Positions 8,104-17,243 are shown, numbered from the stretch's first letter. The stretch is DNA of 20,000 bases from an uncultured virus (IMG/VR IMGVR_UViG_3300030376_006489) (IMGVR_UViG_3300030376_006489); one strand, 5' to 3'. Translations and numbers: made by a program. Notes: generated from the letters alone by a model not told the origin.

Positions 8104-11100
8104 ATGGGTTGTTTTAATAGAAATACTAGTCAGTGGAAAGATATAAGTTCAAAGTTTAAGAGCCCTATTGTTGTAGATACACTTATAACTAAATGGCAAA
8201 AAGCATCTAGGTCAGAAAGAATACCAGAATTATTTGAAATTGAAAGTTTTTTAAAACAACAAAATAACTACAAGAAAGCTAAGGCATTAGAATTAAAAAA
8301 ATCCATTGAAAATAATATATCTGCTTTAGGTTTAAATTCAAAAAGTCAAATAAAAAATATATTAAAGTTTTGGAATATTGATTCTAGTGTAGTTGATAGT
8401 CCATTTAGCATCAATGCTGATAAACTTTATAAACTATATCCTAATATAGATAGTAAAATTAAAGATATGAGCAATAACACTCATGTTTTTGATATCATAG
8501 AACACATGCAAGAAATGTTCCCAGATCTTTCTATAGAAATTACCAGTGAAAAAAAAGCAGAAGAAGATTATAGAAGAAGGCAAAGAGCTATAGATAAAGG
8601 TTTTGCAGAAGATCAATTACTTCCAGAGTTTAAAGACATAAAATCATATTATGTAGGAAATACAGTTATGTTAATAGAAGGAAGAATAGATTCTGAAACA
8701 GCTGTAGAAGAAGTATTACACCCATTAATCAATACAATTTATAATAACAATAAAGGTTTATTTACAGGATTGTTATCAGAAGCAAAGAAAAACTTTAAAC
8801 AATTAAATCTAGATGTAAATAACTCTTATACAGATCAAAGAGGTTTTACGCAACAAGATAGAGATCTTGAACTTGTAACTAAAGCAGTATCTAAAACATT
8901 TAATAAAGAATTTGATCAACAAGTTACTAGTAGTTGGAGAGATAAAATAAAACAATTATTAAAATATTTTATTGATATAATAAAAGATCTTTCTAGTTTT
9001 ATATCAGGTAAAAAATTACAAGTAAGTCCTGAGATATTAAATTCAAAAACTACTTTAACAGGTTTAGCTAAATTATTAAATACAAGAGATCTTGAATTTA
9101 AACTTAATACTGAAGATCTAAACAAAGGTACTAAGCTTCAGTTTTCACTTACAAACAAAAGAGAAAAACACATTAAAAAAATATTATCAGAAACTGTAAG
9201 TGATGTTCAAAAAGAGATAATTAAAAAATTAACATATGTATCAAGAGTAACAGATACTCAAATTGATAACTTTAGTGCTACAGGACATTTAAATAAAATA
9301 GCAACAGATATAGTTATAAAAGATAAAAAGTCTGGAAAATATGTAAACGTTGATAATGTTAATGTTCCAATTGAATCTGTAGATGATTTAATAAAAAAAG
9401 GAACTGACTATCAACTCGGAGGGGTGTTGCCATTTGCAACTTTTTCAAGTCAAGAAGAATTTAAAAATATATTAGAAGCTAAAGTTTTAGGTCTTCCTAT
9501 AGAAGAAGTAGAGGGAATAGAAAATATAAGTAAAGAGCAGGCTGTTAAAATGTATAAACAACTTGACCACGCATTGCAAGAATATTTAGATCCTGATATA
9601 GCTCTTATTCCAAATGTTGTTGTAGCAGATGCTTCTGCAGATGTTGGTACAATTGCTGATACAGCAAATATACTTGCTATTAATAAACACGGTCATATAC
9701 AAGTTATTAATATAGAATTTTTAGATTGGACAAAAGAGACTACTTTGTTGGATATAGATAAAGCTACTACAGAAGTTTTACCTGATAATATATTATATGA
9801 TGCTCTACCTTTAAATAGTGAAGGCACTAAAAAAATCAGTGTATCAATGATAAACTCTGTTAGAATTAACACTATAAGAAGAATGCTTGAGAATATGGGA
9901 TTTGATTCTATGACAAATTCTTCTATTATATATGTTGACAATAATAACAATATTAAAAAGGTTGATTATTCTCCAATGGATAATGCTTTTTTAGTTGATA
10001 AAATTTCTCAACAAAATATAAACCAAGATATGGTTGAGGAATTATATGAACAAAAAAATGGACCAGCACTTGATGAAGAATTAGCTAAAGAACAAACTGA
10101 TGAAAAAACAGAAGCAACATTAAACACCGCTTCTTATGCTGCATTAGTAAAACAAATTAAAGATTATAAAACTATAATATTATCAAAAAAAGAATTACTG
10201 TTAAGAATTACTCCAAATATTGAATCTAATGAATTTGCAAAAGAAACAGTAAGTGAAATTGATAGAACTACAACAATAATTAATGTAGCCTTAGAACAAG
10301 GTACTGCAGATATTGCATTTGAAGAAATAATGGAAAATGCTATAAACAATGTAGATAAAATGATTAAGTTCATTAATACACCAAGTAATGTAAAAGAGGC
10401 AGGATATATATCAAAAGTTTTAAATTATCAAAAGATGGGTGAAACCTATAGGGGTTTAGCACAACTAAAAGCAAAAGATTCGGCTAAAGAAGATATTACA
10501 TTGACCATTAAACAATATCAATTAAAAGACAAGCTTGTTTCTAAACTAAACACATTAGTAGGAGTAGATTCAAAAGGTAATAAAAACGATAATTATTTAG
10601 TTAAAACAGCTATAGAAAATTATGTTAAAGATTTATTAGCTACTAAATCAATACATGGAGACAGACTTAGTGAAGAAGATTTAGATAACATAATGAAAAT
10701 GGGTGCAGAAATAGGTGCTATAGAATATGGAACAGGTACAGCTGCTACATCACAAGATCCTATTTTTGCATTAATGGATAAAATATATAAAATACAACAT
10801 CAAAAATCTTTAGACAGGATAGCTAATAGAACAGCACCCATAAGAAGAGTTTTAACAAAACTAGAAAGACTTTCTCCAGGAGGTGTTATTAATTGGGAGC
10901 CTATATCACAATTAGATGAGGATGGAAAATACACAGGAAGAACAGTTCAAAAAATTGGATATAATGAGTATTGGAGTTTAAAAGAAGAATTATATCAAGC
11001 AATGTTTGATGGTGCAGTAAAACAAGAATATATTGTAAAAGAAGATTTATCAAAAGAAGAAATAGAATATAATAAAAAAGTACGTGCAGCTAGAGAAAAA

Positions 11101-13731
11101 TTTGGTGCGTTTATGAGGGTTGAAGAAGTAATAACTGATGACAATCTTCAAAGAACATTAGTTGATGGAAACCGTCATAGATATTCTAAAGAATTTAAAG
11201 ATGCAAGAAAAAAACATGAAGTTTTTGTTCCTTCAGGTAAATATGGATATTGGAAAAAAAGAAACGGTGTTTCAAATAAAGAACATCAAGACTATAGAAA
11301 CAAGTGGTTTTTTGAAAGAGAAATAGATATTGCTGATATAGATCCAGTTACTAGTGAATTTACAGGATATGTTAAAACTATTACTAGAGAAGTTGTTAAA
11401 CCTACAGTTGATGGTAAATTTACAAAAGAAATAAGAGAAGAAACTGCAGATGGTCAAATGCAAACAGATTCTAAATGGAGAGAGATCATGAATCCTAATC
11501 TTACAGACGAGCTTGCAGTTACAATGAAAGAATATTTTATAATGCACAATGAAGTATATGATGAAATGTTAAACAAACTTCCACAAGCAGAAAGAGATAG
11601 AATGTATGGAAAAGCTCCTGTAATTGCTACAAATATATCAAGAGATCTTGCTAAAGAAGGTTCATACTTTACAAAACTATGGGCAAAATGGAATCCTAAA
11701 AGAGTATGGGGTGATTGGTGGTATACTACAGGATCAACAAAAAAACAATTATTTGATGAAAACGGTGAACCTACTGATTCAGTTCCTATATACTATACAG
11801 GAAATGTTAGAACTGAAAAAGCATTGAAAGATATAACAGAAAAAAAACAGGAAATAACAAACATGTGGAGAACGATAGGTGCAGATGGTAAAAGAGGTTT
11901 GACTGATGAAAAGTATGATCAAATCATGGAAGCATTAACCATACAAGAAAGAAAGCTTAGAGCAATGCCTACAAGAGAAGAGTTAAGTATGAATCATGGA
12001 GCCAATCTTTTAAAATTCATAGGGATGGCAGAAAACTATGAAACAATGAGTGAGATTAAAGATACTCTTGATGCCATGATGAGAGTCATGAAAAATAGAA
12101 AATATACAGAAGATTATACACCAACTAATATTGAAAATACTGTATTTGCAGGAATGAATCTTAGATGGAAATCACCAAAAGGTGAAATAGGAGGTTTAAG
12201 TGCAGAAGATTCTTATATGTACGGAAGAGCAAAAAAATGGATGCATATGGTTTATTTTGATAATGACCGAGACAATAAAGGTATAATGGATAAAGTTACA
12301 TCTAATCTTATATGGTTATCATCTATGACATATGTTGGTTGGAATCCATTTGGTAATTTAAATAACTATGCAATGGGTCAAATAGCTAATGCAATAGAAG
12401 CTGCAGGAGGATCTTATTTTGATAGAATGGCATATGTTAGAGCGGTTAAACTTTTTAATTTATCATTACCAGGAATGATGAAAAAACTTGGTGATAGTTC
12501 AACATGGGCAGAATTTACAGGTGGGCGTGGTAAATATAAAGAATATATACCTAGCACAAAGTATGAAGCATTAGCAGATATGGCTTATAGAATGATGGAT
12601 TCTAAATCAGATATACGTGAGCAAAATACTGGAAAAGAATCAGATAAGGGCAGGCTTATGCAAATGTTAGATTGGGGATTTCTTATTCAAGATGGTGTAG
12701 AATATAATGTACAAACTAAAGTAGGTATGGCAATACTACTTACTAAAAGAATGCAAAAGAGAGACACACAAGGAAATGTTTTAGGTGAAAAATCTTTATA
12801 TGATGTATATCAATATAATAATAAAACAGGTGAACTTACTATGGAGGAGGGATATGATTGGTATATGGATGATAAAGGAGGACATAGAAAGGTAACAAAA
12901 GACAAAGATGATAGAGTTGCAAGAAAGTGGTCTGATGAAATAAGATATGAAATAAGAAATTATATAAGAGAAGTAAACATTCATATGCATGGTAACTATG
13001 CTCATGTAGATAGAATGGTTATACAATCTCATTGGTTAGGTCAGCTTGCAGCACAGTTTCATAAATGGGCTGCTCCTTTATGGAAGCAAAGATTTAGAAG
13101 AGAATATTATGATGAAAATCTAGGATGGCTTGAAGGAAGATATAGAACGTTTTGGTCATTTTTAACATATCTGTATAAAACAAAAGCAGATGCTGAAAAA
13201 GATGCAAGAACACCAGGGTTCTTTACAGATCCTGTTAAAGGAGATAAGAGAAGAAAAAACATGTTAAGAAACATTGCGGATGTAACTTTATTTACAGCCC
13301 ATATATTAATGTATCAACTATTAAAAAGTCTATGGGATGATGATGAAGATCAATCTGATGCAGCAATAAGAATAGAAAACGCTTTATTGTATCAATTAAG
13401 AAGATCAAAATATGAACTACAATTCTTTTATCCTGTAGTAGGATGGCATGAAATGGGTAAAATGATTGAATCTCCTATAGCATCTACAAGAACTTTAGGA
13501 GAACTTGGAGAAGCATTAACTCAATCAGGATTATGGTTGTTTGTAGGAGCACCTAAGCATTTATTTACAGAAGATTATAATATGTATGAAGATAAATACT
13601 TTTATTATCAAAGAGGTCCTAAAAGAGGACAAAGTAAATTAAAGAAAAATTGGATGGATATTGTACCTTTACTATATGCTATGAACAGATGGATAGCTTA
13701 TGATGATGAAAGAGACTTTTTTATTCAATAA
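8104..13731 (+). CDS. Giant (1875 aa) probable virion internal/ejected protein of the crAss-like RNAP cassette
   Basis: Starts 6 nt after the RNAP stop. It carries a degenerate zincin-like motif TAVEEVLHP (8698-8724), a degenerate PD-(D/E)xK-like segment (9601-9720), and a helical aromatic-rich C-terminal region (GWNPFGNLNN, MHGNY...WLGQLAAQFHKW) of the kind seen in large crAss-like virion proteins. Confidence 0.7.
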   Translation: MGCFNRNTSQWKDISSKFKSPIVVDTLITKWQKASRSERIPELFEIESFLKQQNNYKKAKALELKKSIENNISALGLNSKSQIKNILKFWNIDSSVVDSPFSINADKLYKLYPNIDSKIKDMSNNTHVFDIIEHMQEMFPDLSIEITSEKKAEEDYRRRQRAIDKGFAEDQLLPEFKDIKSYYVGNTVMLIEGRIDSETAVEEVLHPLINTIYNNNKGLFTGLLSEAKKNFKQLNLDVNNSYTDQRGFTQQDRDLELVTKAVSKTFNKEFDQQVTSSWRDKIKQLLKYFIDIIKDLSSFISGKKLQVSPEILNSKTTLTGLAKLLNTRDLEFKLNTEDLNKGTKLQFSLTNKREKHIKKILSETVSDVQKEIIKKLTYVSRVTDTQIDNFSATGHLNKIATDIVIKDKKSGKYVNVDNVNVPIESVDDLIKKGTDYQLGGVLPFATFSSQEEFKNILEAKVLGLPIEEVEGIENISKEQAVKMYKQLDHALQEYLDPDIALIPNVVVADASADVGTIADTANILAINKHGHIQVINIEFLDWTKETTLLDIDKATTEVLPDNILYDALPLNSEGTKKISVSMINSVRINTIRRMLENMGFDSMTNSSIIYVDNNNNIKKVDYSPMDNAFLVDKISQQNINQDMVEELYEQKNGPALDEELAKEQTDEKTEATLNTASYAALVKQIKDYKTIILSKKELLLRITPNIESNEFAKETVSEIDRTTTIINVALEQGTADIAFEEIMENAINNVDKMIKFINTPSNVKEAGYISKVLNYQKMGETYRGLAQLKAKDSAKEDITLTIKQYQLKDKLVSKLNTLVGVDSKGNKNDNYLVKTAIENYVKDLLATKSIHGDRLSEEDLDNIMKMGAEIGAIEYGTGTAATSQDPIFALMDKIYKIQHQKSLDRIANRTAPIRRVLTKLERLSPGGVINWEPISQLDEDGKYTGRTVQKIGYNEYWSLKEELYQAMFDGAVKQEYIVKEDLSKEEIEYNKKVRAAREKFGAFMRVEEVITDDNLQRTLVDGNRHRYSKEFKDARKKHEVFVPSGKYGYWKKRNGVSNKEHQDYRNKWFFEREIDIADIDPVTSEFTGYVKTITREVVKPTVDGKFTKEIREETADGQMQTDSKWREIMNPNLTDELAVTMKEYFIMHNEVYDEMLNKLPQAERDRMYGKAPVIATNISRDLAKEGSYFTKLWAKWNPKRVWGDWWYTTGSTKKQLFDENGEPTDSVPIYYTGNVRTEKALKDITEKKQEITNMWRTIGADGKRGLTDEKYDQIMEALTIQERKLRAMPTREELSMNHGANLLKFIGMAENYETMSEIKDTLDAMMRVMKNRKYTEDYTPTNIENTVFAGMNLRWKSPKGEIGGLSAEDSYMYGRAKKWMHMVYFDNDRDNKGIMDKVTSNLIWLSSMTYVGWNPFGNLNNYAMGQIANAIEAAGGSYFDRMAYVRAVKLFNLSLPGMMKKLGDSSTWAEFTGGRGKYKEYIPSTKYEALADMAYRMMDSKSDIREQNTGKESDKGRLMQMLDWGFLIQDGVEYNVQTKVGMAILLTKRMQKRDTQGNVLGEKSLYDVYQYNNKTGELTMEEGYDWYMDDKGGHRKVTKDKDDRVARKWSDEIRYEIRNYIREVNIHMHGNYAHVDRMVIQSHWLGQLAAQFHKWAAPLWKQRFRREYYDENLGWLEGRYRTFWSFLTYLYKTKADAEKDARTPGFFTDPVKGDKRRKNMLRNIADVTLFTAHILMYQLLKSLWDDDEDQSDAAIRIENALLYQLRRSKYELQFFYPVVGWHEMGKMIESPIASTRTLGELGEALTQSGLWLFVGAPKHLFTEDYNMYEDKYFYYQRGPKRGQSKLKKNWMDIVPLLYAMNRWIAYDDERDFFIQ

Positions 13732-13791
13732 TTAACACAAAATTAACATAACCAACATATGTAATTCACAGTAGTTACCTATCTTATTTAT

Positions 13792-13866
13792 ATGAAGATA
13801 GATGTAACTCCTATAATATATATACTGATGATGGTGTCAGTTTTTACATTGGGGATATGCCTATAA
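13792..13866 (+). CDS. Putative 24-aa single-TM microprotein (MKIDVTPIIYILMMVSVFTLGICL)
   Basis: Hand translation: ATG at 13792 after an AT-rich leader, TAA at 13864-13866, almost entirely hydrophobic. Not in the ORF track. Confidence 0.35.
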   Translation: MKIDVTPIIYILMMVSVFTLGICL

Positions 13867-14027
13867 ACAAAAAGATAATTAAAATAGATAAAGAGAAATA
13901 CGAAAACCTTAAAAAAGATTTTGCTTATACTCTTGATCTTTATATATCTGATAACGAATATTATGTTATTGGAACCTTTGAAGATCTCAAGGCTGTTGGG
14001 ATTGATCCGGGTGTTCCGTTTGTTTAA
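13857..14027 (+). CDS. Small hypothetical protein, 56 aa (MPINKKIIKIDKEKYENLKKDFAYTLDLYISDNEYYVIGTFEDLKAVGIDPGVPFV)
   Basis: Hand translation. Composition is protein-like and AT-rich codon use matches the genome. It overlaps the 24-aa ORF by 10 nt and the tail of the minus-strand Cys-rich ORF. Confidence 0.5.
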   Translation: MPINKKIIKIDKEKYENLKKDFAYTLDLYISDNEYYVIGTFEDLKAVGIDPGVPFV

Positions 14028-14136
14028 AAGGACAATGCCTGCAGTTATTACTACAGCAATATCCCCTTTTACGGTGATATGCTGCAGTAAAGACTACATT
14101 TCCTTTTTCAAAATAATAATACTTACTTGACTTCAC
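13987..14136 (-). CDS. DUF5522-like Cys-rich small protein, 49 aa
   Basis: Minus-strand translation from GTG at 14136: (V/M)KSSKYYYFEKGNVVFTAAYHRKRGYCCSNNCRHCPFKQTEHPDQSQQP*. The VFT..YH..RGYCC...CRHCP pattern is the DUF5522 signature. The start overlaps the RNR 3' end. An alternative in-frame GTG lies at 14151. Confidence 0.8.
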   Translation of the reverse strand: MKSSKYYYFEKGNVVFTAAYHRKRGYCCSNNCRHCPFKQTEHPDQSQQP

Positions 14137-15982
14137 AAGCTCCTCCAGCACATGCTAGCTCTCCAGTTAAATTAGTTTCATCATTCTCTTCAGTGATCTT
14201 AGATAGATCAATATCCATTAATGATTTAACCATTTCATCATACTTATCTTTAGTAATGTCCTCAAACGGAGCCTGAGTATAAGTACCACCATCATATGGA
14301 AGCACAGCTAAACCATTATAATGATCTCTGTTTTTCCACATCCAATCACCAGCTAAATCCCAATCATCTTCTTTTAAACTAATTGTAGCAGAAACATTAT
14401 GAGTATTAGACCCGGTTCTATGACCAGTCTTTACCCATTCTGTTGCTACTTTCTTTACTCTCTCTAATAATTGGAAAGCAGATTCAGTTCTTAAGATAGA
14501 GCCTTCCGGGGCCTTTTGGGGTATACTTATAACTGCTGTATCATGGCCACGGAAGACACAATCTTCTACTAATTCAGAATGATTCTTAGCAAGATATCCA
14601 TATATAGCTTCATTCTTACCAACACGGATTCTTCTTACATAGTAATCATTATGCCATGCATGGATACCAGAACTAGTCCCTAATGTTAATGATGTTGTAC
14701 CAGCAGGTTTTACTGTTGTGCATCTAGCTGCCTTTTTAATTCCAATTAATTTAGCTACTTTTGCATTTTCTTTCTTTACCACGGAAGCGGCTGCTTCCAT
14801 GTCATAACCTAGTATTCTACCAGATCCTATACCAGTCATAGACACACCAATCAATGCATCTTTTTCTGTAGTCTCTTGCCATACTGGTCTGAGATAGTGG
14901 AAGTTAGTGTATCCTGCTTGAAGTGTTCCTATAAATGCAGCAGCTTTAACTCTTAGTTCAAGATCTTCTTGAGACTCAATGTTACTTACATTAACTTCAC
15001 AAAGATTACAAAATTGAAAAGGACGTAGAGCAATCTCACAACATGGGTTTGTTCCCCAGTCTTTATCATTGTTAAAGTAAATACCAGGTTCACCGGCTTT
15101 ACTTAACTCTACTCTCTTCCATAGATCCATAAAGAAAGACTTAGTTATCTTATGTCTCATAAGAACAGCTGAGTTGTTAGCTCTACCACGTTGTGGATTA
15201 AGTTCCCACCAAGCACCAACCTTACAAGATATCATTTCATTATCAGCAGCACTAAATAAACTAATTAATGCAGCACGTCTAATCCCACCAGCTAATACAG
15301 CATCAGCTATATGACATACAATATCATGTGTTTCTAATGTGCTTAGTTGATCTCCATCTTCTTTATTTTCAAGAATGCCAGTAATCTTAAGTATACATTC
15401 TTTTAAAGGCTGTGGACCAGGTGCTTTACCACCAGAAGTCACTAATCTTGCTCCTTTAGGTCTAATATCTGAATAGTCAAATACTATACGGGATCCTTTA
15501 CCATTTAAATAAGACTTCATTAATATCTTAATGGCATCTGCCCACCCTTCAATAGAGTCACCAATTAAATAACGTCTAGTTCTTTTTGCATATGGTTTAT
15601 TAATTAATGGGAGTTTATCAACATGATGCTGTTGAACAGAGTAACCAACACCTGTTCCTCCAAGTAATAAGAACATGGTTTCACTAAATGCGTTTATATC
15701 ATCTATAGGAAGGTATGCACAGTTATATATTCTATTAGGACTAATCTCAATTGGTTTACCACCAAACTGCATTGATCTCATAGATGGTAATACTTTTTTA
15801 TCAGATACGTATTCATACGCACCTTTTATATCATCCTCAAGTTCAGGATATGTTTTAATATGCATATTCATATTTCTAGTGACCAGTTCTTCCCAGGTCT
15901 CTCTTCTTTTTATCTCAGGATTATACCGTGCGTATTTCATGTGGACAGTAATATCACTAAGAATCTTGTTATTCAATTCCAT
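14123..15982 (-). CDS. nrdJ: Class II adenosylcobalamin-dependent ribonucleotide reductase (monomeric RTPR-like)
   Basis: Motifs RRETW, LPSMR, YNCAY, GGTGVG, GGIRRAALI, catalytic TNPCCEI, FQFCNLCEVN, TTVKPAGT, YTQAPFE and the C-terminal redox pair CAGGAC. There is no N-terminal ATP cone and no neighbouring beta subunit. Confidence 0.93.
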   Translation of the reverse strand: MELNNKILSDITVHMKYARYNPEIKRRETWEELVTRNMNMHIKTYPELEDDIKGAYEYVSDKKVLPSMRSMQFGGKPIEISPNRIYNCAYLPIDDINAFSETMFLLLGGTGVGYSVQQHHVDKLPLINKPYAKRTRRYLIGDSIEGWADAIKILMKSYLNGKGSRIVFDYSDIRPKGARLVTSGGKAPGPQPLKECILKITGILENKEDGDQLSTLETHDIVCHIADAVLAGGIRRAALISLFSAADNEMISCKVGAWWELNPQRGRANNSAVLMRHKITKSFFMDLWKRVELSKAGEPGIYFNNDKDWGTNPCCEIALRPFQFCNLCEVNVSNIESQEDLELRVKAAAFIGTLQAGYTNFHYLRPVWQETTEKDALIGVSMTGIGSGRILGYDMEAAASVVKKENAKVAKLIGIKKAARCTTVKPAGTTSLTLGTSSGIHAWHNDYYVRRIRVGKNEAIYGYLAKNHSELVEDCVFRGHDTAVISIPQKAPEGSILRTESAFQLLERVKKVATEWVKTGHRTGSNTHNVSATISLKEDDWDLAGDWMWKNRDHYNGLAVLPYDGGTYTQAPFEDITKDKYDEMVKSLMDIDLSKITEENDETNLTGELACAGGACEVK

Positions 15983-16056
15983 GTTTAATTATTTTTTAGT
16001 GTTAGTAAATGATGACACCTACGAAAAAGCAGGTAATAGTAATATAGTGAAAAATT

Positions 16057-16242
16057 TTATTTTTCTCCTGTGGTATAATCAGTATTTTTATAGGATACTG
16101 TAAAAAAGATAAATCCAATTCTTATTCTAAAGGTTGGATAGTATAATTGGGTTTCCTCATTACGTGTTTCATATTGAGAAAGGTTAAAACCTAATAATAG
16201 GTCATTTGATAAAAAATCAAAATTAAGCTCATGTGTTTTCAT
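16057..16242 (-). CDS. Small hypothetical protein (61 aa)
   Basis: ATG-initiated ORF co-oriented with and just upstream of nrdJ. It fills the gap and has a plausible beta-rich composition. Confidence 0.6.
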   Translation of the reverse strand: MKTHELNFDFLSNDLLLGFNLSQYETRNEETQLYYPTFRIRIGFIFFTVSYKNTDYTTGEK

Positions 16243-16313
16243 ATTTTATATAATTTTTGTATATTATTAATATAGTAGAACAAATATAATTATTTTATTT
16301 ACATATATATGTT
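16243..16313. promoter_or_regulatory. Divergent AT-rich promoter region; minus-strand TATATTTG (16281-16288) fits the Bacteroidota -7 consensus TAnnTTTG
   Basis: A 71-bp intergenic gap lies between divergent ATGs. Plus-strand caaatata at 16281-16288 reverse-complements to TATATTTG, pointing at the nrdJ unit. I see no clear -33 TTTG. Confidence 0.5.
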
Positions 16314-16604
16314 ATGGGTCTAGATATTTTAGCATCAATAGTTATAACTGCTATAACAGTATTAGGAAGCTCTGAAGCTTTTAAATACTATAAGTCTAAG
16401 ATGTCTATGAAACATAAACAAGAAGCTATTAAATTAGCAATAGATAGAGAATATACTATGGATCTAAAAAATAGAGTAAGTAGATTAGAGGTTTTACTTG
16501 AAGAAAGTACACAGAAAGTTGTGGTTCTTACAGGAGAGGTTGCAACGCTGCGTGAAAGAGTTAAGTTTCTGGAAGCAGAAAATGAACGTTTAAAAAAATT
16601 ATAA
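16314..16604 (+). CDS. N-terminal TM plus coiled-coil protein (possibly lysis/holin-associated)
   Basis: Hydrophobic ILASIVITAITVLGS followed by a heptad pattern (LKNRVSRLEVLL...LTGEVATLRERVKFLEAENERL). The function is an inference. Confidence 0.65.
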   Translation: MGLDILASIVITAITVLGSSEAFKYYKSKMSMKHKQEAIKLAIDREYTMDLKNRVSRLEVLLEESTQKVVVLTGEVATLRERVKFLEAENERLKKL

Positions 16605-16606
16605 TT

Positions 16607-17203
16607 ATGGCAAATAGAAGAAGAAATAAACAATCTCATGCAGAAAAAACAATATCTGCATTAAGTACAGTAAGAAGTGGTAATAATTTAAATGCATCAC
16701 TTCTTAATAGACAAGGATATACACCACTCCCTAGTTCACAATTTTCTGATTTGTTTAGAACAACAGGAACACATACACCTTCAAATAGAGATGTATTATT
16801 TGAACCATCTATGAATGAACCACAATTTAGTGCAGGTGAAAAGCCAGTAGCGCCTAGGGAACCAAGAGTAGCAGACTATAATGGTAAACAATTAAGAGGA
16901 CAACCTCCAGTGTTTAAATCTAAATCTGATGAAATAGCATATAATAGTGCTGTCAGTACTTTCAAAGCGGAAGCAGATAAATATCCATCTTCAGTAAAAG
17001 CATGGGAAGCTGAGAGTGAATCAAAAGCAAGAGCATTAAAATTATCTTCAGCGAAATATAAAACAGATTTAAGCAAAAGAGGTAGAAATACAACAGCAAG
17101 ATCATTAAGAGGAACAACAACAGTTAGAGGGCGTTCAGCTGATGCATCTAAATCTAAAAAAGCTAAATTTGGAGGAGCAGTTGGAAGGAATGGAGTACTT
17201 TAA
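16607..17203 (+). CDS. Basic, probably disordered hypothetical protein (198 aa)
   Basis: Arg/Lys/Ser/Thr-rich termini; ends ...KSKKAKFGGAVGRNGVL. Starts 2 nt after the previous stop. Confidence 0.7.
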   Translation: MANRRRNKQSHAEKTISALSTVRSGNNLNASLLNRQGYTPLPSSQFSDLFRTTGTHTPSNRDVLFEPSMNEPQFSAGEKPVAPREPRVADYNGKQLRGQPPVFKSKSDEIAYNSAVSTFKAEADKYPSSVKAWEAESESKARALKLSSAKYKTDLSKRGRNTTARSLRGTTTVRGRSADASKSKKAKFGGAVGRNGVL

Positions 17204-17243
17204 AATATAATAAATAATAATTAATAATTTAAATTAAACAAAA

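Noticed and set aside
8095..8106. Readthrough fusion of the two giant ORFs (TAA-ATA-TAT-ATG, same frame)
   Set aside because: TAA is a strong stop, the RNAP ends in an acidic linker plus a terminal helical domain, and ORF2 has its own AT-rich leader and ATG. Sharing a frame has a one-in-three chance.
5862..13032. Short tracked ORFs inside the giant genes (5862, 6147, 8434, 8916, 9693, 10164, 11272, 11624, 12796)
   Set aside because: These are antisense or alternate-frame shadows of long coding regions, with I/L/F/S-biased composition and no motifs.
13921..14130. Tracked 69-aa plus-strand ORF
   Set aside because: It has a TTG start and no motif, and conflicts with the better-supported DUF5522-like ORF and the 56-aa ORF.
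14123..15982. Intein or intron in nrdJ
   Set aside because: The 619-aa ORF is continuous with all motifs at normal spacing, and I saw no intein C-terminal HN-[CST] splice junction or LAGLIDADG block.
15983..16056. Cobalamin riboswitch or NrdR box upstream of nrdJ
   Set aside because: The spacer is only 74 nt, AT-rich and lacks a B12-box. I could not identify a convincing tandem NrdR-box palindrome by eye.
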